From positions 10,430 through 74,429 of the forward strand of contig NIVC01003839.1 of the NCBI GenBank assembly GCA_002269645.1: a stretch of 64,000 nucleotides of DNA. The letters are read 5' to 3'. Of the stretch, positions 32,986 to 61,000 are shown piece by piece. Each line of letters begins with the position of its first letter. Positions within the stretch are counted from its first letter, which is position 1. The translations under genes were made by a program, and so were the position numbers. The notes under the pieces are model-generated. The model was not told the origin of the DNA and searched no databases. It was given only the letters and a program-made list of their open reading frames with translations. The stretch is from Macrostomum lignano. Taxonomy: Eukaryota.

Positions 32986-34011
32986 GGAGAGCCCCTAGGC
33001 CTGACCCTCGCCAAGATCGCATGCAACCTATAGAGGGGCCCAGTTGGCTGGATGAGGATGGCTACAGTACGGGAGCAATTTAACAGCTACATGTCCAGAT
33101 AATGATGTGGATAAGTGCAAGTACGAGCATATATTTAACTTTGCAAACAGTTCAAAGGGTAGCACTACAAAAAAGGTTTTTTGGACCCTTTGATCTGACC
33201 TTGCTTAACCTTGATTTATAAATCTGACGTTAAAGCTATAGGGTACAGCCAAAGCTTTATAATGTTACTTTATTTTAGAGAGAAAACGTCTCATCAATCA
33301 AGTAAAAAAGCTAACCTTCTACTGTACATCCAAAATTTACAAATTTGGAGCAAATAGAAAGTCGGCCGTCAAAAAGATGCACGCGTTTCGACAGTTTAAG
33401 CGTCATTCTGCTGAAGAAGTAGAGTGAAAAGAAGTGAAGACACTGGAGAGGTGGTCCTATGCTGAATCTGATGGATTCAGAAGTTGCATGCTGAAAGTTC
33501 TGATGACTTGCGTGTAAAAAAAGCATTGGATGAAGCAAAATCAGAACAGCAGAATCCTACGATGTATCCGACAGAGAGCGGCGGCGAGGTCACCAGTTCC
33601 GGTTGTAAAAAAAGAAAAAAGTGAAAAAATTGAAAGATAAACTCCCGACAATAAAACGATTCAAACAGTAAAAATATTAAAAATTTCTCTCAATAAAAAT
33701 TTTTGACCATCGCATATCTAGACAGAGGCAGCCTTGAGCCGGCACAAGAAATCATCCAGAAGCCATGGAGGCAGGAGCCTTGCTTTCTCTGCATTGGAAT
33801 TTCCTGACTTTCAGAAGAGTCGCCAGCTCGGTGCCATAAACTCGGCCATTAGCCGAACGACCAACACCTCTGAAGGCTTCCGGACTCTTCTGCATTTAAG
33901 AAAGTGGATTTCTGGCTCAGAAAATTCAAGCCATCAGCGACTCTGCAACTGCCGAACTGCGAATTCTTTCAACTCGAAGATTCAATCTCGCTCGATCTAC
34001 AAGCCGAAGTC

Positions 34012-34173
34012 ATGCTGAGATTTCTGATGCTCCTCGTTGCTCTGATTCTGGTGGGCGCCACGCAGCAGGCTCAGGCTGATTCATGCAGCTGCGAAGATAA
34101 CAAATGGCTGTGCAAGACCAAGTCAGGACGCTTCTGCGGTATCTGCCTTGGCCAGGGCGGCTGCTATGACTGA
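34012..34173 (+). CDS. Small secreted cysteine-rich peptide precursor, 53 aa (22-aa signal plus 31-aa mature peptide, 6 Cys)
   Basis: MLRFLMLLVALILVGATQQAQA|DSCSCEDNKWLCKTKSGRFCGICLGQGGCYD*. Hydrophobic core, AQA cleavage motif and even Cys count. GC-rich codons like the neighbouring genes. AATAAA at 34231. Confidence 0.75.
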   Translation: MLRFLMLLVALILVGATQQAQADSCSCEDNKWLCKTKSGRFCGICLGQGGCYD

Positions 34174-34230
34174 GATGCCGAGAAGGCCCGACTTCGGACT
34201 TAACAGGAACCACTAAACTTTGATTCTCTA

Positions 34231-34236
34231 AATAAA
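34231..34236 (+). terminator. Polyadenylation signal of the peptide gene
   Basis: AATAAA 58 nt after the stop. Confidence 0.5.
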
Positions 34237-34315
34237 ACCGACCTATCATTGCAGCTACTTACCAACTTTGTGTGTGCAATGCTTGCATCCATAAAACAAT
34301 GTATTGTTGTCATTC

Positions 34316-34515
34316 ATTCATTCAGTCAGTCAGTCAGTCAGTCAGTCAGTCAGTCAGTCAGTCAGTCAGTCAGTCAGTCAGTCAGTCAGTCAGTCAGTCA
34401 GTCAGTCAGTCAGTCAGTCAGTCAGTCAGTCAGTCAGTCAGTCAGTCAGTCAGTCAGTCAGTCAGTCAGTCAGTCAGTCAGTCAGTCAGTCAGTCAGTCA
34501 GTCAGTCAGTCAGTC
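34316..34515. repeat. (TCAG)n microsatellite, ~50 perfect units
   Basis: Direct reading. Confidence 0.98.
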
Positions 34516-36539
34516 CCCTACTCACTGGAGACCAAATTAAATACCGCTGTGCCAGCCCTGCTCCCGTAGACAAAAGCTCCAATACATTGGCAAGCGTTTC
34601 TTGGAATAAATTTAAAGCGTGTAAGTCCAAAGGGGCTGCAAAAAGCTTTATTAGAATAGCAGAGTTTACCGTGGAGTTTACTGCTTGTAGAACAGTCGAT
34701 TTGATAATTATGATTACTCAAAGACACAAAAGCAAAAATCACAAGCCCATGCGAGTGATATCGTCCATGGTGATTCTTCTCCCTACACTTTCCCACAGCT
34801 TCACAGGAAGAGTAGCTCAAAGTGAAGATAATTTCGCATTGAGATTTTTTATTCAGGATGTCTGAATCAGCATTCTGTGGTATTCTGTGCCCTCAACCAA
34901 CTACAACGAAGTTCGATGAGCAAAGACTCAATAAGCTGATTGCGTATATTGTGCCAGAAACTACTAATAATAAGTGTAATGTGGATGGTAGAAATCTTTC
35001 GATCGTGTAATTGCGAAAAGAAGAAGACTTAATGGGCTAGAGGCAGAACATATGGACCGGCTTGGTGGTGCTGGCCGATCTATCCGAGAAGAGAAAGCGC
35101 GGTTTCAGCTACGTTCTTAAGTGGTTTATCCAAAGATACGACATAAGTGTGGTGATCGCTTATCTGCATGGCGTATCGCATGTACGATGTACGCGAAGGA
35201 TTATTTCAGCATGATGAAATGCAATGAAGATGAGTACCCGTTACGTAAAGGGTAGGGATTGCGTTGTGCCAGGACCTGTAATTCCATTTAGCATTGAAGA
35301 AACTCTTGTCTGAAGGTGTGTTTGGTAGTGATAGTCCATGACAACTCGTGAGTTCCGTGAGTTGTGCGGGGAGACCATGTGTGTGATTGTCTACCTTGAT
35401 TGAGGTTAATCGACTCTTACGGACCCAGCTCGACTCTCACTTTAACTATCAAGTCAAAAAAAACTGTTCAATACTGTTCGTATATTCCAGAACATTATAT
35501 AATATTTTTGCTCATTATTTGTTTGATTTATTTCCTGCTTATTCGTTTTTCTTATTTATTTAGATTGTTTTACTTGGCCGGGACAAATAAATGCTTTTTT
35601 ACATTAAAACATATTGACTTTTTTGTCGTAACCAAAATTGGAGCTAATATAGATACCTACATGTGTGTACTATATAGTATAACGAAATAATCGGACAATG
35701 GTGATTAAGTTTGGCTTTTTGGATTCTAAGGGTAATTGGGCGAGTTCAATCTTCAGCATCGAGGAGCCTTTTCATATTGCTTGTTCTGGTTCCAGAACCA
35801 GAACCAATTTGTGAAGTATAACTTTTTGTCTCCATAACTAGAGGGAGATACGTGCTATAAAGTTTTTATTATTGAATGACAATCACCAAGAAGAAAGTGA
35901 AAAATTGTGCTAAGTGAGGTTATTAGGGCAGTCAAACATTCAACAGAATTAAATAGTTATACTGCTGTTTTTCTTGGAAGATCCGAACCGATTCTGATAC
36001 TGGTCTCGAGGTCTCGAGGTCTGTAATCGTGCTGACAAGTTTTTTTTCGATTTTTAAGTTAAATTTAGATGCTGTGATGCTGTATATTCTTAATAAATTA
36101 TCAATTTTGGTCATAAAAATTATGACTGTATAGAAACTAGAAGCCGCTTATAAATATTTGTTATATTACAATAAATGCTGCTATATGTTTTTAACTTCGT
36201 CAAGTTTTACAATTTTTTCGTACCCTCAATAGGCTAGCTAGCATCATAGTAGTAGTAGTCCACTTTAAAATTCTACTATTCTTATTTTTGGGCGGCTGGA
36301 GCCCACTAATCTCTTTAGACGTGCTTCTTAGCGAAGTGCTTCATTTTCACACTGTTGTTGTGATCAACTGCAATCAACAAGCAATAGCATCATTGCTGAT
36401 TGAAGTTAAGATTCCATAGGCTTAATCTGGCTTTTTATTTAGGCTTAGTTTAGGGGCCTAATTTAATTTTTTGTAGCTGCAGCAGACCCATTAATAGTAT
36501 TTTTATAGATAGGCTTATCTGTGTTAATCGAGTAAAATC

Positions 36540-52310
<15,771 letters not shown>

Positions 52311-54454
52311 CTGTCCCGCTTTGGGGGAGGTCGTGAAAATAATGTCAAATTTTTGCTCTCGTGCTTCAACTTCCTCAGCTGGGATTTCATCTGTTTCAAT
52401 AAAATTGTTCAAAATCAGACTAGTAAACAAAGTTCTTCGTGTGTCTACTAATAGTACAGATTTGTTTCTTATTAAGAAACTTGAACTCAAAATAGAGAAT
52501 AATACAGTACCGCCCTACTGCCAGTACCTGCTCGTAGTTAGTAGTATCGAACGCGTTTTTCTTTTCGAAAACAACAGAGACCCAAGTATTGCTGTTATCT
52601 TACCATTATTAATTGATATGCCATGCCAGCGTGTTCTATACTTTTTTACATTATAATCGAATTGTTTTGTGAACTGTTTTTCCCAGTCTTTATTCACTTG
52701 TTAATCTTCTTTAATGCCAGTAAGCTCGCAGGTTCTGTCTGTCTCTTTTTAAAAACTTATTTATTAACTTTAATTTGCATGCCTTTTACTATATGCCTGT
52801 GTTTCTTTTTATATATGGATAAATCTTTCGCGTACACACACACTACTTTTTACAAGAAGTACATAGTTGCAGAAATCTTGCTGCCTATCTGATCTGATAT
52901 TTTCTCCCGTTCACCTGGTTGCTGACCCCCTCTATCAGTCCCTATTTTGCAGGTGTCGGTGCTTCATGTTTGAAATATCGAATGAGAAAAATTAAAATTC
53001 TTTTCATTTACATTGTCATTATATTATTGACAGGCCATTGGATTATAGGACAATACAATACTGAGTAAGCATTGCGCACAGGTCTATCTGGGGCGACTGT
53101 TGAGTCACGTGTGCGTCACGTGAGCTGCAGCTTTGCAGAATCGTAAAAAAAAGTCGCAAAAAAGACGTCCAAGACGTCAAGTGTTAGCGCTTAACTTTCT
53201 ACTAACTCAAGTAGGCTAAACAGAGTTGTTGAAAATGCGAAATGCGATTCGAATTCATTAAGTGACGCAGCTGCACTTTTTAGAACGCAACTCAGTGATT
53301 CTTAGGCAACTCGTGAACGACTTTTTGGCGACTTGTACCGTGCCTGGGTACCGTCTTCATCGGGTTAAACAAATCAAGTCTTCTATTGTTGTTTTTTAAC
53401 CTGGCTAGCGTGTTGTTTTATAAAATAAGTGTGCGTGCGTTTCTAAAATCATTTGTTGCCTGTGATCTCTGATATTAAACCGGATTGGAACAGCAGCGAT
53501 GCGGGCATTCCGAAACCCCCAGTTTCTATTCGATCAATTTTGGCTCACTCTATCTTCATTATCACATTTTATCTGTACAATTTAGAATTTGTTGTCCGCA
53601 TATCAAACGATTTCAAACGAATTACATGGCAGTGTAATGTTGACAAAATTATTGAATCAAATATAACTGCTATACTATTTCTAGGAATTCGATTAGTTGC
53701 GGTTCCCGCGCTGTTAAACACTGCCCGCCTTTGAAATTGCTTATTTTACGATAATAAATCTCAAATAGCTCTACTTGCAGTAGCTAAACTTGACCTGTTT
53801 GTCTCGTAGCACAATTTGCACCAGGTTGAGGTGTAGCAATGAAGTAAAAATAAATATGCAGAGTACCAATATTGGCCAGAATTATATGAGATGGCAGTCA
53901 AAGTAATTAATAGCAGAAGGCTGTGCGCGTATTACCTTTGTAAACACGCTCTGTTCTCTCTGTAGCTGCGCATTTAACCCGCAGCTATCAACGCTAGCAC
54001 GAACTTGCAGACCTGTTTTGCATCGTCTCTCTGTCTCAAGTGTACTCAAAATGTATAGATGAAAAGAAAATGCCTTTCGAAGCAGACGGCAGGGTTTATA
54101 GTTCTGAGAAAATGAAATAAAAATTCTTGTATTTTTCGTTTTGACAAAATTGGCTAAATAATTAATGAGTACTTTTTCACAGCCAGGTAAAATATTTGAC
54201 GGAAAACTCAGAATACAGAATGACTTCTTTGTTTGAAAATATTATATATTGTGACCAAGAAGTTTTTCAACTGTTGTAATATTTGACTCCCCTGACACTA
54301 TGGGCACGCGAAAGTGTGGGCGGATGAAGCTGTGTGCAGCTGTGAGCATTGAAGGTACATGTACATTCAATCGTTGTTAGAAAGTTTTTGTTTTGATTTT
54401 CTTGCAAGCAAAACCAGGCAATGTAAGCACGCAAATATGAGAGCCTGACACGCA

Positions 54455-54825
54455 ATCTTAACTCTGACACCCAATCTGGACCCTGACACCCAATCTGAAC
54501 CCTGACACCCAATCTGAACCCTGACACCCAATCTGAACCCTGACACCCAATCTGAACCCTGACACCCTATTATGACTCTGACACCCAATCTGAAGCCTGA
54601 CACCCTTATGTCCCTATCTTAACTCTGACAGCCAATCTGAACCCTGACACCCTATCTTGACTCTAACACCCAATCTGGAGCCTGACATCCAATCTGGAGC
54701 CTGACACCCTATCTTGACTCTCGGAAACCCCTATCTTGACTCTCTGACACCCCTATCTTGACTCCCTGACACCCTATCTAGACTCTCTGACACCCTATCT
54801 TGACTCGCTGACACCCTATCTTGGA
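54455..54825. repeat. 19-bp minisatellite CTGACACCCAATCTGAACC and variants (intergenic / 3' of PLXDC-like gene)
   Basis: Direct reading. Confidence 0.9.
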
Positions 54826-55032
54826 ATGAGCTCGATGCAGAGATCAAGAAAAGGTTGATTGAATCAGAATTATAACGGCTCTCAATATGCTCTATGCTAT
54901 GCAAACGTGGCGAGATTCTGGAATAAAAAATTGTCAACAAAAACGATAGCCGCTTGTTCAATAGAATGTTTCTTGGTTTCAAACAGAACCGATTTAAACG
55001 AAAACTTTGACAATTTCACGCATAGCCGAAAT

Positions 55033-58000
55033 TCACGTGTTGCTGAAATTCACGTAGGCATTCTCCGAGCTCACCTTGTAGCTCTCGCTGGCGCCGCCGG
55101 TTCCGCTGGCGCCGCCTCCGCTGGCGCCGAAGAATCGCTCCCGGTAGCGGCTGGGCCGGTGCTCAATCAGCCAGGCGCCCAGGCGGCTTCCCGGATGTCG
55201 GAAGCCGTACAGCAGGACGCCGGCCACTGTGGCGACCGCAGCCAGCGCAAGGATGCCCAGGCAGACGCCGAGTGCCACCTGACCGGCGCTGCGCCTGCTG
55301 GCTGCCTCTGGCGGCTGCTTCGTGCCGGTGCGACCGAGCGGCACAATGCTGCGGTCGCCGTCACCGCAGGTTCCGCCGGCCTGCGGTTCATGGTGTCAGT
55401 GATGAATTTATTTGTGTCAGTGATGAATTGATTTGTGTCAGTGATGAATTGATGTGTGTCAGTGATGAATTGATGTGTGTCAGTGATGAATTGATGTGTG
55501 TTGGTGACTCAGTGATGAATTGATTTGTGTCAGTGATGAATTGATGTGTGTTGGTGACTCAGTGATGAATTGATTTGTGTCAGTGATGAATTGATGTGTG
55601 TTGGTGACTCAGTGATGAATTGATTTGTGTCAGTGATGAATTGATGTGTGTTGGTGACTCAGTGATGAATTGATTTGTGTCAGTGATGAATTGATGTGTG
55701 TTGGTGACTCAGTGATGAATTGATTTGTGTCAGTGATGAATTGATGTGTGTTGGTGACTCAGTGATGAATTGATTTGTGTCAGTGATGAATTGATGTGTG
55801 TTGGTGACTCAGTGATGAATTGATTTGTGTCAGTGATGAATTGATGTGTGTTGGTGACTCAGTGATGAATTTATTTGTGTCAGTGATGAATTGATTTGTG
55901 ACAGTGATGAACTGATTTGTGTCAGCGATAGATAGATTGTGTCAGTGATAGATAGATAGTGTTAGCGATAGATAGATTGTGTCAGTGATAGATAGATTGT
56001 GTCAGTGATAGATAGATAGTGTCAGCGATAGATGGATTGTGTCAGCGATAGATAGATAGATTGTGTCAGCAATAGATAGATAGATTGTATCAGCGATAGA
56101 TAGATTGTGTCAGTGATAGATAGATAGATTGTGTCAGCGATAGATAGATTTTGTCAGCGATAGATAGATAGTGTCAGTGATAGATAGATTGTGTCAGTGA
56201 TAGATAGATTGTGTCAGCGATAGATAGATTGTGTCAGCGATAGATAGATAGATTGTGTCAGTGATAGATAGATTGTGTCAGCGATAGATAGATTGTGTCA
56301 GTGTTAGATAGATTGTGTCAGCGATAGATAGATTGTGTCAGCGATAGATAGATAGATTGTGTCAGTGATAGATAGATTGTGTCAGCGATAGATAGATTGT
56401 GTCAGCGATAGATAGATAGATTGTGTCAGTGATAGATAGATAGTGTCAGCGATAGATTTTGTCAGCGATAGATAGATTGTGTCAGCGATAGATAGATTGT
56501 GTCAGTGATGAACTGATTTGTGTCAGCGATAGATAGATTGTGTCAGTGATAGATAGATAGTGTTAGCGATAGATAGATTGTGTCAGTGATAGATAGATTG
56601 TGTCAGTGATAGATAGATAGTGTCAGCGATAGATGGATTGTGTCAGCGATAGATAGATAGATTGTGTCAGCGATAGATAGATTGTGTCAGTGATAGATAG
56701 ATAGATTGTGTCAGCGATAGATAGATTGTGTCAGTGATAGATAGATTGTGTCAGTGATAGATAGATTGTGTCAGCGATAGATAGATAGATTGTGTCAGCG
56801 ATAGATGGATTGTGTCAGTGATGAACTGATTTGTGTCAGCGACAAATAGAATGTGTCAGCGATAGATAGATAGTGTCAGCGATAGATGGATTGTGTCAGC
56901 GATAGATAGATAGATTGTGTCAGCGATAGATAGATAGATTGTGTCAGCGATAGATAGATAGATTGTGTCAGCGATAGATAGATAGATAGTGTCAGCGATA
57001 GATGGATTGTGTCAGCGATAGATAGATAGATTGTGTCAGCGATAGATAGATAGATTGTGTCAGCGATAGATAGATTGTGTCAGTGATAGATAGATAGTGT
57101 CAGCGATAGATAGATTGTGTCAGCGATAGATAGATTGTGTCAGCGATAGATAGATGGATTGTGTCAGCGATAGATGGATTGTGTCAGCGATAGATAGATA
57201 GATTGTGTCAGCGATAGATAGATAGATTGCGTCAGCGATAGATGGATTGTGTCAGACAGAAACAAATCACAAAAACAGCAGCCCAATATCAATATTAGCT
57301 TTGGCTAAAGTGGCATGCAGAGCTGACGGGCGGCAAGGCAAACACATTCCGGCTGGTGAGAAACTGATGGATTTAACAATCGAGCACTCTGTATGATTTG
57401 CAGTTGCAACAACTGCAAGGCAATAAAATGAAGGCTGTTAAGAAACGATAAAAAGTTGATAAAAATGCTACTTAAAAGTGAAAGCAGTTCTGTGAAAATG
57501 AAACGCTTAAATAAGTGAAAGAAAGTGAATTATTGATTTGTGTTTTATTGTTGCCGTACACAGTCGTGGTCCACGACGACCACATCGACAGTGGTGGCCT
57601 CCGTGGCCTGGGTGCTGCGTTCGCGAGTAGTAGTAGTAGCAGTAGTAGCAGCGGTAGTAGTAGTTTCAACCCTACGAGTTGTGATGTCCTTCCAGCAGAG
57701 CCTTGTGAACTGAGATTACACGCGTTTGTGTTGCCCAGTCAGAACTCTATTAGCTACTTATTACTGAGGAACTTCTCTGATGCTGGCGCGATAAAAAGTT
57801 TTGGTTTGCAATAGCAAATTCTACAGATTGTATCAATTGTAAGTTGGTCAGCTTGATTTACATGAGGTAGAAGGGAAAAGTTTTAAAAATTAGATATGGG
57901 AGTGGGATACGGGAAGTGAGATATGGGAATTGAGATACGGGAAGTGAGATATGGGAAGTGAGATACGGGAAGTGAGATATGGGAATTGAGATACGGGAAG

Positions 58001-61000
58001 TGAGATATGGGAAGTGAGATACGGGAAGTGAGATATGGGAATTGAGATACGGGAAGTGAGATATGGGAAGTGAGATACGGGAAGTGAGATATGGGAAGTG
58101 AGATATGAGAAGTGAGATACGGGAAGTGAGATATGGGAAGTGAGATACGGGAAGTGAGATACGGGAAGTGAGATATGGGAAGTGAGATACGGGAAGTGAG
58201 ATATGAGAAGTGAGATACGGGAAGTGAGATATGAGAAGTGAGATACGGGAAGTGAGATATGAGAAGTGAGATACGGGAAGTGAGATATGAGAAGTGAGAT
58301 ACAGGAAGTGAGATATGAGAAGTGAGATACGGGAAGTGAGATACGGGAAGTGAGATATGAGAAGTGAGATATGGCAAGTGAGATATGGGAAGTGCGATAC
58401 GGGAAGCGAGATATGAGAAGTGAGATACGGGAAGTGAGATACGGGAAGTGAGATATGAGAAGTGAGATATGGGAAGTGAGAGATGGGAAGTGAGATACGG
58501 GAAGTGAGATATGGGAAGTGCGATACGGGAAGCGAGATATGAGAAGTGAGAGATGGGAAGTGAGATACGGGAAGTGAGATATGGGAAGTGCGATACGGGA
58601 AGCGAGATACGGGAAGTGAGATTTGGGATGTGAGATACGGGAAGTGAGATATGAGAAGTGAGATATGGGAAGTGAGATATGGGAAGTGAGAGATGGGAAG
58701 TGCGATACGGGAAGCGAGATACGGGAAGTGAGATATGGGATGTGAGATACGGGAAGTGAGATATGAGAAGTGAGATACGGGAAGTGAGATATGAGAAGTG
58801 AGATATGGGAAGTGAGATACGGGAAGTGAGATACGGGAAGTGAGATATGGGAAGTGAGATACGGGAAGTGAGATATGGGAAGTGAGATATGGGAAGTGAG
58901 ATATGGGAAGTGAGATATGGGAAGTGAGATATTAGAAGTGAGAGATGGTAAGTTTAAAAAGCCAACAGAGCCACTATGTAAATTAAAACACTCACCAAAA
59001 CTGTCAATCTTTTGACCCAAATAAAAACAATAAACAGACTGCAAAACCAGCATAACCCAAACTCACCGAATAGTGGCACTCGGAGTCGTGCCAGTCCTGT
59101 AGCCGACGGTCGACCCCGGAGCTGCAGCGGCCCAGATCGTAGCACCAGCTGCAGTTGAAGGCGGGGACTCGCGACCGGTCAGTGCAGTTGGAGCAGCTGG
59201 TCTGCTGGTTGCAGGCTGGGAATTGTGGGAGTGGAGAAGCTATTTGTTATATGATTGCTTTCTTGGGATAAATTTGTGTACAGCTAACCACAGCTCAAAT
59301 TTAGTCTCAATGTGATCTTAATGTCACCCCAATGTGATCTTAATGTCACCCCAATGTGATTTTAATGTCACCCCAATGTGATCTTAATGTCAGTCCCTAT
59401 GTGATCTTAATGTCAGTCTGAATGTGATCTTAATGTCAGTCTCAATGTGATCTTAATGTCACCCCAATGTGATCTTAATGTCAGTCCTATGTGATCTTAA
59501 TGTCAGTCTGAATGTGATCTTAATGCCCGTCTCAATGTCATCTTAATGTCACCCTAATGTGATCTTAATGTCAGTCCCTATGTGATCTTAATTCCAGTCT
59601 CAATGTCATCTTAATGTCACCCCAATGTCATCTTAATGTCAGTCTGAATGTGATCTTAATGCCCGTCTCAATGTCATCTTAATGTCAGTCTGAATGTGAT
59701 CTTAATGTCAGTCTAAATTTGATCTTAATGTTAGTCTGAATGTGATCTTAATATCAGTCTGAATGTGATCTTAATGTCAGTCTGAATGTGATCTTAATGT
59801 TAGTCTGAATGTGATCTTAATGTTAGTCTGAATGTGATCTTAATGTCAGTCTGAATGTGATCTTAATGTTAGTCTGAATGTGATCTTAATGTCAGTCTGA
59901 ATGTGATCTTAATGTTAGTCTGAATGTGATCTTAATATCAGTCTGAATGTGATCTTAATGTTAGTCTGAATGTGATCTTAATGTCAGTCTGAATGTGATC
60001 TTAATGTCAGTCTGAATGTGATCTTAATGTCAGTCTCAATGTGATCTTAATGTCACCCCAATGTGATCTTAATGTCAGTCCCTATGTGATCTTAATGTCA
60101 GTCTGAATGTGATCTTAATGTCAGTCTGAATGTGATCTTAATTTAGTCTTAACCCAAGATACCATTGAGTAAACCTAATTAAAGTCACCTCATCGTCACC
60201 TAGTCATGGTTACGAACTCGCACTAAAATAACAACACAAGTGCAGCGCCACTTACTCGGCTGGTGCACCAGATGGATTATGCCGTCTGTGACAATTTGAT
60301 CCCGTGGCACTCGCAGCTCGTGGTATCTCACAATCTTGCGCAACACGGTGCCTGAGGAAACAACTAATAAATTTAGAATGATGAATTATTTGACTGGTTA
60401 GTGCGTAAATTAGTGAAGATTTATAGATAGATTGACACGTATCTGGCAAACAAGATAATAAATTACAAGTCTAATAGATTAAAAGCAAAGTAGATAGTGG
60501 TGCAGTCAATCAGTTAGTTAAATAATGTTATTTATTACATGGTAAAGCGAAGGCTAAATTAAGTTAATTAGAATATACAGAGCAGTTATTAATTTTATAT
60601 TATACACGCAGAGAAATAGCTTGTACAGGTTTCAGAAATAGTTGCTCAGCTCAAGACAGTAAGATAATAAGTTGATTAAGGTACAAGGAGCTAGTTTAAA
60701 CAGGTAACACACCGAATAGCCTATCGAACCTTCAGTAACAGGTTGTCTGAATACCCCATCAAACCTTCAGTAACAGGTTGTCTGAATACCCCATCAAACC
60801 TTCAGTAACAAGTTGGCTGAATACCCCATCAAACCTTCAGTAACAAGTTGTCTGAATACCGAACCAAACCTTCAGTAAGGGTAGCCTGAATACCCCATCA
60901 AACCTTCAGTAACAAGTTGTCTGAATACCCCATCAAACCTTCAGTAACAAGTTGTCTGAATACCGAACCAAACCTTCAGTAAGGGTAGCCTGAATACCCA

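Noticed and set aside
34960-35460. LTR-like composition (TGTAA...CA)
   Set aside because: No TSD, second LTR, PBS or PPT could be identified.
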